A DNA stretch of 41,675 bases from a virus, in IMG/VR virus record IMGVR_UViG_3300025087_000160; one strand, 5' to 3'. The translations under genes were made by a program, and so were the position numbers. A model generated the notes under the pieces. It had not been told where the DNA came from and made no database searches. It saw only the letters and a program-made list of their open reading frames with translations. Shown piece after piece: positions 1 through 6,447 of this stretch; within the stretch, counting starts at the first letter, position 1, and every line of letters begins with the position of its first letter.

Positions 1-127
1 CAATTTTGTTTTATAAACAGATTGAGAAACTATGAAAAAAGGAATCAAAAAGTGTGTTAATTGCAAAGAATATAAAAAGTGTAAGTTCAAAAAAGGTGCT
101 AAAAACTTCTGCTCCTCTAAATGCAAG
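1..127. repeat. Terminal direct repeat, copy 1 (identical to 41549..41675)
   Basis: Read directly: bases 1-127 equal bases 41549-41675. ORFs run through the junction. Confidence 0.95.
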
Positions 128-520
128 AAAGAATACTACGACAACCACATTCCAACTCTCATCAAGGACATACAGGAGGAATTCAACAGTCTGGTGGCTA
201 AAGGCCAGCCCTGCTCTAAATGCGGTAAAAGGTTTGAGGTTATGCAATGCTCCCACGTTTGGAGTATCGGATCAGCCCCTGGAATAAGGTTTGACATCTT
301 AAATGTGCTCGCCATGTGTGGCCATTGTCATAATTACTGGTATCATCTTGAGCCTATGGAGTCGAAAGACTGGTTTAAAAACAATTATCCTAATAGGTAT
401 GAATACCTTGAATTTGCAAGACACCAAAACAAGAAGTGGACAGCAAGCGAATTAAACGAAATAAGAGAAGCAATAAGAAATAGAGATTTACAAGCTCTTA
501 TTAGATTTCGACAAGCCTGA
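32..520 (+). CDS. ninG: NinG/Rap-like recombination endonuclease
   Basis: 162 aa. N-terminal CxxC...FCSxxC zinc motif. Central CSKCG..CSH..SAPGIRFD..N....CGHCH matches the lambda NinG pattern C.SCG..GH...AP.LRFD..N...C..CN. Its ATG overlaps the stop of ORF 41374..41583 across the circular junction. Confidence 0.7.
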   Translation: MKKGIKKCVNCKEYKKCKFKKGAKNFCSSKCKKEYYDNHIPTLIKDIQEEFNSLVAKGQPCSKCGKRFEVMQCSHVWSIGSAPGIRFDILNVLAMCGHCHNYWYHLEPMESKDWFKNNYPNRYEYLEFARHQNKKWTASELNEIREAIRNRDLQALIRFRQA

Positions 521-523
521 ACC

Positions 524-664
524 ATGAAAAAAACTAATATATTCAAATGGCATAAAAACTCCAAGATTTATAAGTTAAGCAACACTAAAAAGTGGATAAG
601 GATACTTCATAAGCGGCTGGCCTCTTTACCGGACAAGTTCAAGTTGCCTATTGACAAGGTATGA
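524..664 (+). CDS. Hypothetical small basic protein (46 aa)
   Basis: ATG 4 nt after the ninG stop, co-oriented. Below the ORF-track size cut-off, translated by hand. Confidence 0.3.
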   Translation: MKKTNIFKWHKNSKIYKLSNTKKWIRILHKRLASLPDKFKLPIDKV

Positions 665-691
665 CACCTGTGTAATACTTCAGACAATAAA

Positions 692-871
692 ATGAAAGTA
701 ACTACCGAAGAATACATAACAATAAAAGAAGCGGCCAAGCTAATGAATCGAAGCACTCGAACTATCCAAAGATATATTGATAAAGGCTTATTTGAATCAA
801 AACAATTCCCTCCAGATACCGGAATGATTTATGTAAGAAAGCTAGATATACCAACTTACTTGCGAAAATGA
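692..871 (+). CDS. Helix-turn-helix DNA-binding protein (excisionase/MerR-like HTH), 59 aa
   Basis: Hand translation MKVTTEEYITIKEAAKLMNRSTRTIQRYIDKGLFES.. has a typical short phage HTH signature. Its stop overlaps the next ATG (ATGA). Confidence 0.6.
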   Translation: MKVTTEEYITIKEAAKLMNRSTRTIQRYIDKGLFESKQFPPDTGMIYVRKLDIPTYLRK

Positions 872-1026
872 AAACACTAAAAGCTAAAGATATTAAACCA
901 TTTACTAAACAGGATAAGTTGCTTGATAACTTAATTAGAACATCAAAAAATTATGAGGAATGTTCTGCAACTTATAACAAGGCTGAAGATGGTTTACCAA
1001 AAAGAATGAAGGAGAATTATGACTAA
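868..1026 (+). CDS. Hypothetical protein (52 aa)
   Basis: ATGA-coupled to the preceding ORF. Open for 52 codons. Confidence 0.4.
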   Translation: MKTLKAKDIKPFTKQDKLLDNLIRTSKNYEECSATYNKAEDGLPKRMKENYD

Positions 1027-1186
1027 TATAGATGGCAAAGAATTAACTTGCTCTAAACACGGCATAGATTATCGTATAGCTTGCTGGGAGTGCCAGATTA
1101 AATATGAAAGATTTATGGATACCATGGATGAAATTAGAAATATCGATCCAGAGAATAAAGGAATTTTATCTTTAGGCGACACATGA
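1019..1186 (+). CDS. Hypothetical Cys-rich protein (55 aa)
   Basis: GGAG 4 nt upstream of the ATG. Contains CSKH...CWEC. Its stop overlaps the HNH ATG at 1183. Confidence 0.45.
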   Translation: MTNIDGKELTCSKHGIDYRIACWECQIKYERFMDTMDEIRNIDPENKGILSLGDT

Positions 1187-1208
1187 GAAATAAAAAAGGA
1201 CAATTTAT
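1183..1208 (+). repeat. 26-bp direct repeat, copy 1 (ATGAGAAATAAAAAAGGACAATTTAT)
   Basis: Identical 26-mer at 2345..2370. Confidence 0.95.
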
Positions 1209-1764
1209 TAACGGACATACATATAACTTGGGTCGTAAGCTTGGTCCTATGTCTGAAGAGCAAAAAATGAAATTAAGCCTTATTCATAGGAGTCGAATTG
1301 GGACGTTTAAGGGCAAAAAACATACATTGGAAAGTAAGAGAAAAATAAGTTTGGGTTGTAAAGGTCATCCATCCTGGAATAAAGGGAATAAGGGTTATCG
1401 TGCTGGGAAAAGTCGGCTACCGTTAGATTTTAAACATTCATTAGAAACTAAACTAAAAATGAGTAAATCGCGGATGGGAATTAAAAATCCTAATTGGCAA
1501 GGTGGAATTACACCTACGAGTCTTAAAATAAGGAAAAGTTTAAAAATGTCTTTGTGGAGAGAATTGATTTTTAAAAGAGATAGTTATGCATGTCAATTAT
1601 GTAGAAATACAGGTATTCCATTAGAAGCTCATCATATTATACCTTTTTCAAAATTTCCTAAATTTAGATATACAAAAAATAATGGAATTACATTATGCAA
1701 GGTGTGTCATTTGAATATAAGAGGTAATGAGTGGTTGTATATACCAAAATTTGCCAATTTATGA
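1183..1764 (+). CDS. HNH homing endonuclease with WNKG/NUMOD-like repeats
   Basis: C-terminal CQLC..EAHHIIP..N..LCKVCH HNH motif. Upstream SWNKGNKG and SxExKxK repeats. Confidence 0.85.
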   Translation: MRNKKGQFINGHTYNLGRKLGPMSEEQKMKLSLIHRSRIGTFKGKKHTLESKRKISLGCKGHPSWNKGNKGYRAGKSRLPLDFKHSLETKLKMSKSRMGIKNPNWQGGITPTSLKIRKSLKMSLWRELIFKRDSYACQLCRNTGIPLEAHHIIPFSKFPKFRYTKNNGITLCKVCHLNIRGNEWLYIPKFANL

Positions 1765-2348
1765 AAAAAATAAATCTCAACAAAAAAAGAATATTTGGTT
1801 GGGAAATGATTTTGATAGCTATTGTTGGGATTTTGATCATTTTTATAGGAATAACATTTGCTATTCTAATGCGTTTATTTGCTTGGAATGATGCCAACCA
1901 AGTAATTCGACAACAGGTACTTCAGATTAAGCTACAAGCCCCTATTCGGATAGAGAAAAGAGGATTGGCTAAGACCGAGATAGTTAAAATAGTTGAGGAA
2001 ATACCAGAATATAAAGATTTAAATGATATTGAAAAATATATTTGCGATAAGTGGGGAGTTTATAGATGTTCCATAGTTATAGCGATATTCAAATCCGAAT
2101 CTGGACTTCGTGAAGATGCGTTAAATACTTACAATTCTAATAATTCAGTAGATTATGGTGTGGCACAAATTAACTCTATAAATTGGGGAATGGATGGATG
2201 TCATTTAAAACAAATTGTTGAATATAAAGGCAATATTGATTGTGCCTATAAAATTTGGGATAGAGCTGATGGTAAGGAGGATAATGGGGAAGGTAATTTT
2301 TCTCCTTGGTCAGCTTTTAATTCGGGATCGTTTAAGGATAAGTTATGA
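1761..2348 (+). CDS. Membrane-anchored lysozyme-like / lytic transglycosylase (GH23-type)
   Basis: Start taken at the ATG overlapping the HNH stop (TTATGA). N-terminal hydrophobic helix ILIAIVGILIIFIGITFAIL. Has ES catalytic context (FKSESGLRED), VDYGVAQINS (compare lysozyme DYGIFQINS) and SPWSAF. Confidence 0.75.
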   Translation: MKKINLNKKRIFGWEMILIAIVGILIIFIGITFAILMRLFAWNDANQVIRQQVLQIKLQAPIRIEKRGLAKTEIVKIVEEIPEYKDLNDIEKYICDKWGVYRCSIVIAIFKSESGLREDALNTYNSNNSVDYGVAQINSINWGMDGCHLKQIVEYKGNIDCAYKIWDRADGKEDNGEGNFSPWSAFNSGSFKDKL

Positions 2349-2370
2349 GAAATAAAAAAGGACAATTTAT
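2345..2370 (+). repeat. 26-bp direct repeat, copy 2
   Basis: Identical to 1183..1208. Confidence 0.95.
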
Positions 2371-2410
2371 GAAAAAGTTTATTCCTTGGAATGGAGGTGA
2401 TACAAAATGA
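2345..2410 (+). pseudogene. Truncated HNH-endonuclease 5' remnant (21 codons)
   Basis: Encodes MRNKKGQF (identical to the HNH N-terminus at 1183), then ..IPWNGG (WNKG-like), then a stop. Confidence 0.55.
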
Positions 2411-2967
2411 CATTTTTACCAGATAACTTAGACAAAAATGAAAATTTAAATGAAAGAGCCTCTCAATATATGAAGTTTGAGCAGGGCGAGAATAAATTTA
2501 GAGTTTTGGCAAGTGCAATAGTTGGCTGGAAATGGTGGGAAACTACAGAAGAGGGGGGTAGAACTCCTAAAAGAGTAAGAATTGACGAAAAGATAGACAT
2601 TTCAACACTTGAAGACCCCGAATCGGTTAAAAGGTTCTGGGCGTTTCCCGTCTGGAATTACAAAGTCGAGAAAGTGCAGATTCTTGAGATTACCCAAAAG
2701 GGTATCCAAAATACACTGAAAGGTCTAGCGAGAAGCAAGGATTGGGGTTCTCCCATGAATTATGACATTTCAATAATTAGAGAAGGCGAAACAATGCAGG
2801 ATACCAAGTATGAGGTTATACCATCACCACCTAAGCCATTAGCAAAAGAGATTGAAAAAGAATTTAAAAATACTTATCTCAGGCTGGAGGCACTTTACAA
2901 GGGCGAAGATCCATTCAAAAAAGTTTTTGACATACCGGAAGAGTTAGAGGATATAGTCAAGAAATGA
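2407..2967 (+). CDS. Hypothetical protein, possibly an ssDNA-binding protein
   Basis: 186 aa, ATGA-coupled. The SSB guess rests only on position in the recombination/early block and an acidic C-terminus (PEELEDIVKK). No diagnostic motif was seen. Confidence 0.5.
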   Translation: MTFLPDNLDKNENLNERASQYMKFEQGENKFRVLASAIVGWKWWETTEEGGRTPKRVRIDEKIDISTLEDPESVKRFWAFPVWNYKVEKVQILEITQKGIQNTLKGLARSKDWGSPMNYDISIIREGETMQDTKYEVIPSPPKPLAKEIEKEFKNTYLRLEALYKGEDPFKKVFDIPEELEDIVKK

Positions 2968-3170
2968 AAATCAAAAACGAAGAACTGGAACAAATCGGTC
3001 AAGTCAAGAACTTACATAGTTTTTGGTGTGATACTGATAAAACTTTGTATCTTGAAAGGCAAGAAACAAAAGGAGTATTTATTCCTATTTACAAGAATGA
3101 ATTAAAACATCTACAAAGAGTTTTAGTTAGAGTAGATCAAAGGTTTAGAACTTGGAAGAAAAGACTATAA
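2964..3170 (+). CDS. Hypothetical protein (68 aa)
   Basis: ATGA overlap with the upstream stop. Confidence 0.55.
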   Translation: MKIKNEELEQIGQVKNLHSFWCDTDKTLYLERQETKGVFIPIYKNELKHLQRVLVRVDQRFRTWKKRL

Positions 3171-3271
3171 CTTGCGGTAAATTGGTTAAAGGACACATAG
3201 AATATGGAATACTCAAGGTATTTTAAGAAGATAGTAGAGGAGAAAATGAAAAACTTAATTCCAAGAAACTA

Positions 3272-3538
3272 ATGACACACTCACACACAACAAAGCGTGA
3301 GGTTTCTAAAAAACTACCACGGATTTGTATTGGCGATAAAGTCTTAATTGATAATAAATATATTGGAGAGGTTGAAGAACTAAAGCAATTTCCAACACTT
3401 AAAGACCGTCATATTGAAGCAGTAATTAGATTGGCTGAAAAGTGGGATGATGGAAGGACAGAGCGAGTAGCTATCCCGTTAATTAGACTCAAGAGATATA
3501 CAGAACGATATTGGAAAGAAGGAATATGGGACAAATAG
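3272..3538 (+). CDS. Hypothetical protein (88 aa)
   Basis: Co-oriented ORF from the track. Confidence 0.55.
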   Translation: MTHSHTTKREVSKKLPRICIGDKVLIDNKYIGEVEELKQFPTLKDRHIEAVIRLAEKWDDGRTERVAIPLIRLKRYTERYWKEGIWDK

Positions 3539-3708
3539 CAGATGACATGATTTCAGGATTTCAATGTTCTTGGTGTGGAACAATGTTTGAAAGAGAACAT
3601 GGTTTTCCTGTTGTTTGTAAAGATTGCGGCGAGGATGAAACTGACCAAGAATTAAATAAATTAGGGTTACAGAGAGCAACAATAAAAGAAATGGGCGGAG
3701 AGTTTTGA
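3526..3708 (+). CDS. Hypothetical zinc-ribbon protein (60 aa)
   Basis: CSWCG...CKDCG. The track start at 3511 is a TTG, so I used the first ATG at 3526. Confidence 0.5.
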   Translation: MGQIADDMISGFQCSWCGTMFEREHGFPVVCKDCGEDETDQELNKLGLQRATIKEMGGEF

Positions 3709-3730
3709 CTAACACTTAGAAAGTTTGGAC

Positions 3731-3755
3731 TAACTCTCAAAAATAAAAGAATATG
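3731..3755 (+). repeat. Early-gene junction cassette, short version (TAACTCTCAAAAATAAA + AGAATATG)
   Basis: The 17-mer TAACTCTCAAAAATAAA is also at 4844 and 5483. Here it is non-coding. Confidence 0.85.
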
Positions 3756-3917
3756 ATTAAAGACGAAGAATCTGAAAAAGATCCTAATAAAATGATTGAA
3801 ATTTTGGTTGACAATATTTGGATACCTGCCATGGCAACAGATTTGAGGATTTTTACAAAAGATAATGAACTTAAAAGAGTTAAAGCTATTAAGGTCAAAG
3901 ATTTATTAAAAGGATAG
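3753..3917 (+). CDS. Hypothetical protein (54 aa)
   Basis: Hand-translated ORF starting in the junction cassette. Confidence 0.4.
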   Translation: MIKDEESEKDPNKMIEILVDNIWIPAMATDLRIFTKDNELKRVKAIKVKDLLKG

Positions 3918-3936
3918 TTCTCAAAAAGAAAGAATG

Positions 3937-3971
3937 AATATGAAAAATAAACCAAAAGAGGGGAAGATAAA
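3937..3971 (+). repeat. 35-nt perfect repeat, copy 1 (AATATGAAAAATAAACCAAAAGAGGGGAAGATAAA)
   Basis: Identical to 5759..5793. Looser similarity extends about 30 nt upstream. Confidence 0.9.
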
Positions 3972-4175
3972 GAACTTTGAAAATTAAAGGGTGCGATAGC
4001 TGGAAACAGTACCTAACAATGGGTGAGCAAACGGAGTGTAAGAACCTTATAAAGACTTCCTCCAATACCAAAGTACAAGGGGGCAAGATTAAAACTCATT
4101 GAAAGTAACGGAAACAATTAAGTAAGGACATAAGCTAAGTACTTACTCGCACCACTTTAGTTTTTAATAAGAATT

Positions 4176-4370
4176 ATGACTAAACCAAAAGAGGGGAAGA
4201 TAAAGGTGTTTTGTCCGAAGTGTAATAAAGATGTGGTAGTGGAATATGACTTTAACTGTGAAGATAACCATTATTCTGAAATGACTTATGACCATACGGG
4301 AAGAATTGTTTTATTTTGTAAAAAGCATGGAAAGTTATTTGAAATTGATGAATTTGACGGAATTATATGA
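4176..4370 (+). CDS. Hypothetical zinc-ribbon protein (64 aa)
   Basis: CPKC...CKKHG. The N-terminus MTKPKEGKIK carries the repeated 25-mer. Confidence 0.55.
   Translation: MTKPKEGKIKVFCPKCNKDVVVEYDFNCEDNHYSEMTYDHTGRIVLFCKKHGKLFEIDEFDGII
4181..4205 (+). repeat. 25-nt copy of the KPKEGKIK repeat
   Basis: TAAACCAAAAGAGGGGAAGATAAAG is identical to 3948..3972. Confidence 0.9.
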
Positions 4371-4394
4371 AAACTAAACAAAAAGGGGGAGGAT

Positions 4395-4595
4395 ATGAAT
4401 AAAATAATTGAACTAATAAAATGGAGGCTTACAGGATACAGAGAACTTTCTAAACTTTTACACGCCCACTTTGTTGAAAATGATGCTTTAACACCAGTGG
4501 GGCTAGACAAAGCTGAAATCCTTGCCAGACAAGAAGCCAAACTATTGCCAATAAGTAGAAAAAGACACTGGATTGAATTTATTTTTAATATTTAA
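4395..4595 (+). CDS. Hypothetical protein (66 aa)
   Basis: Strong SD GGGGGAGG upstream. Confidence 0.6.
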   Translation: MNKIIELIKWRLTGYRELSKLLHAHFVENDALTPVGLDKAEILARQEAKLLPISRKRHWIEFIFNI

Positions 4596-4619
4596 CTTTT
4601 ACTAAAGAGGGAATATATG
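4593..4619 (+). repeat. Early-gene junction cassette (TAACTTTTACTAAAGAGGGAATATATG)
   Basis: One member of the family at 4844, 5032, 5483 and 5861. Spans stop, SD and start. Confidence 0.85.
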
Positions 4620-4859
4620 AATAAATTAACCATAGAACAGATAAAATCAAATGACGCTGTTTCTACCCAAGAAATTGAGTCTGATATAGCTGATACTGAA
4701 ATAGAAATTAAAGACTTTCAAGACGAGAAAGAAGTTTTGATGCGTAACCCGCCTGAAAATAAAGTGAGAATTTATTTATTGGAGGGCAAGATTTTACAAA
4801 GGCAAAACTTTATAGATAAGTTAAATCAAATATTGGAATATCGTAACTCTCAAAAATAA
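4617..4859 (+). CDS. Hypothetical protein (80 aa)
   Basis: Starts in a junction cassette. Ends ..NSQK inside the next cassette. Confidence 0.6.
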   Translation: MNKLTIEQIKSNDAVSTQEIESDIADTEIEIKDFQDEKEVLMRNPPENKVRIYLLEGKILQRQNFIDKLNQILEYRNSQK

Positions 4860-4890
4860 ATAACTTTTACTACCAAAGAAGGAATATATG
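4844..4890 (+). repeat. Early-gene junction cassette, long version
   Basis: TAACTCTCAAAAATAAATAACTTTTACTACCAAAGAAGGAATATATG. Confidence 0.9.
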
Positions 4891-5034
4891 AAACAAATAA
4901 TAATCCGCTATATAGTTTATTTAATCTTACTTGTTTTAATAATCGGTTTTGTTGTTTGGTGGAGTATTGCTCAGTGGAAAGAATGTAGAGAAGCGGGGTT
5001 TTCAAGATTTTATTGTTTACAACACATAAGTTAA
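4888..5034 (+). CDS. Hypothetical small membrane protein (48 aa)
   Basis: Hand translation MKQIIIRYIVYLILLVLIIGFVVWW.. shows one hydrophobic helix. Bounded by cassettes on both sides. Confidence 0.5.
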   Translation: MKQIIIRYIVYLILLVLIIGFVVWWSIAQWKECREAGFSRFYCLQHIS

Positions 5035-5059
5035 CTTATTACCAAAGAGGGAATATATG
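5032..5059 (+). repeat. Early-gene junction cassette
   Basis: TAACTTATTACCAAAGAGGGAATATATG. Confidence 0.85.
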
Positions 5060-5257
5060 ATTAAATTGACAATTAAAACAGAGAGAATATTTAAGAGTGC
5101 TGCAGACTTCAAAAGATATATTGAGTGGCATGCGACGCAACCCCTGCTTCTCAATATAGACTTTAAGGAACTTATAGAAAAGGGCAAAACCGAAGATAGA
5201 ACTCATATTAAAGGGGAGATTGTAAAGACGACTTATTTACTCGAAAATGGAAAGTGA
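5057..5257 (+). CDS. Hypothetical protein (66 aa)
   Basis: Starts in a junction cassette. Confidence 0.6.
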   Translation: MIKLTIKTERIFKSAADFKRYIEWHATQPLLLNIDFKELIEKGKTEDRTHIKGEIVKTTYLLENGK

Positions 5258-5498
5258 ATTAAATCAAAAAATAAGGGAATTACTTGAGTGGTTTGAGATT
5301 GATACTGATAAAGAAATGTTCAAGAAACATAAGGGTAAGTGGAATTTAATTGGCTTTGTCAAAGATTTAGTAGAAGAAGAACTGAAATTACAGAAAGAGG
5401 AAATTGTAGAGGTAATTAAAAATGAACCCGAATTAAGAGATGAAGATAGGCATATTAAGTGGAGAATTATAGAACGATTGACTAACTCTCAAAAATAA
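5247..5498 (+). CDS. Hypothetical protein (83 aa)
   Basis: Overlaps the upstream ORF by 11 nt. Ends ..NSQK in a junction cassette. Confidence 0.55.
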   Translation: MESELNQKIRELLEWFEIDTDKEMFKKHKGKWNLIGFVKDLVEEELKLQKEEIVEVIKNEPELRDEDRHIKWRIIERLTNSQK

Positions 5499-5524
5499 AT
5501 AACTTATTACCAAAGAGGAATATG
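5483..5524 (+). repeat. Early-gene junction cassette, long version
   Basis: TAACTCTCAAAAATAAATAACTTATTACCAAAGAGGAATATG. Confidence 0.9.
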
Positions 5525-5719
5525 ACTAAAGTAATTTTAATACTTACTATTTTATTAGCTTTTATCTTGTTTTGGAGAGCTGAAACTATTTATCTGTTTA
5601 CTCAACAAAGCAAGACAATGTTTCAATTTTGTGGTAATGAAAGAAATGTTTTAGGTAAAAATTATGTAATTTATTGTGGTGATGATGCTGTTAAATCTTA
5701 TTTTGAACCTAATCCTTAA
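5522..5719 (+). CDS. Hypothetical protein with N-terminal hydrophobic helix (65 aa)
   Basis: MTKVILILTILLAFILFW.. Starts in a junction cassette. Confidence 0.55.
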   Translation: MTKVILILTILLAFILFWRAETIYLFTQQSKTMFQFCGNERNVLGKNYVIYCGDDAVKSYFEPNP

Positions 5720-5758
5720 AAGAGGATAGTTGGAAGGAAATTAAAACTGAATTTAGAA

Positions 5759-5793
5759 AATATGAAAAATAAACCAAAAGAGGGGAAGATAAA
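5759..5793 (+). repeat. 35-nt perfect repeat, copy 2
   Basis: Identical to 3937..3971. Confidence 0.9.
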
Positions 5794-5863
5794 TATATAT
5801 ACAGTTGGGAAAAAAGGAGATTGGAAAATTACTGTACACAATCAAAAAAAGAAAATTAAATAA
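5762..5863 (+). CDS. Hypothetical protein (33 aa), MKNKPKEGKI.. family
   Basis: Hand-translated. Its stop lies in the next junction cassette. Confidence 0.35.
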   Translation: MKNKPKEGKINIYTVGKKGDWKITVHNQKKKIK

Positions 5864-5885
5864 CTTTTACCAAAGAGGGAATATG
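5861..5885 (+). repeat. Early-gene junction cassette
   Basis: TAACTTTTACCAAAGAGGGAATATG. Confidence 0.85.
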
Positions 5886-5972
5886 TCTAAACTAAAAGAA
5901 AATATTTTATATATAGTTGGGTGGTTAATCATTTTTCCTGCCATCTTAATTACTGCGACCTTTGAGCTATAA
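5883..5972 (+). CDS. Hypothetical small membrane peptide (29 aa)
   Basis: MSKLKENILYIVGWLIIFPAILITATFEL. Starts in a junction cassette. Confidence 0.35.
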   Translation: MSKLKENILYIVGWLIIFPAILITATFEL

Positions 5973-6142
5973 AGGAACAGATAGTAAACTGCTAATGTGC
6001 GAATAGTTGTAGATTATAAAATAAAATGGATTTTTAGAAAAAACCATGCTATTAGATTACGCACACCAATATACCAAAATAACGGCAAAGGAGCAGGACT
6101 TGAAAAACCCAAGAAAGGTAAGCAAGATTTAGAATTTATAAA

Positions 6143-6151
6143 TGCTATAAT
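6143..6151 (+). promoter_or_regulatory. Extended -10 promoter TGcTATAAT, 8 nt before the groES ATG
   Basis: TGCTATAAT-agattaag-ATG with no SD in between. Confidence 0.55.
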
Positions 6152-6159
6152 AGATTAAG

Positions 6160-6447
6160 ATGAAAATACATCAATTCAAACCAGCCGAAGGATATTGTAT
6201 AGTAGAACCTCTAGACAAGACTTCAAAAGAAGGAATGCAAGTTTATTTAGATGAATTTCCTCAATTAGCCAAGATAATTTCCATTGGATCGGACACTTAC
6301 AATTCTTATACCGATAGGACAATGAATGCTCCTTGTAAAGTTGACGATATAATAATCCATAGTGCCGGAGGATTCGAGACTTTAAAGTTTGAAGGTAAGG
6401 AATACCGGGTAATACATTTTACAAAAATATTGGCTATTAAGAAATGA
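6160..6447 (+). CDS. groES: Co-chaperonin GroES (Cpn10)
   Basis: 95 aa. Alignable by eye to GroES: I.P...Y.IVEP, a mobile-loop-like DKTSKEGMQV, ..IGS.., VDDIII, KILAI C-terminus. ATGA-coupled to groEL. Confidence 0.8.
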   Translation: MKIHQFKPAEGYCIVEPLDKTSKEGMQVYLDEFPQLAKIISIGSDTYNSYTDRTMNAPCKVDDIIIHSAGGFETLKFEGKEYRVIHFTKILAIKK

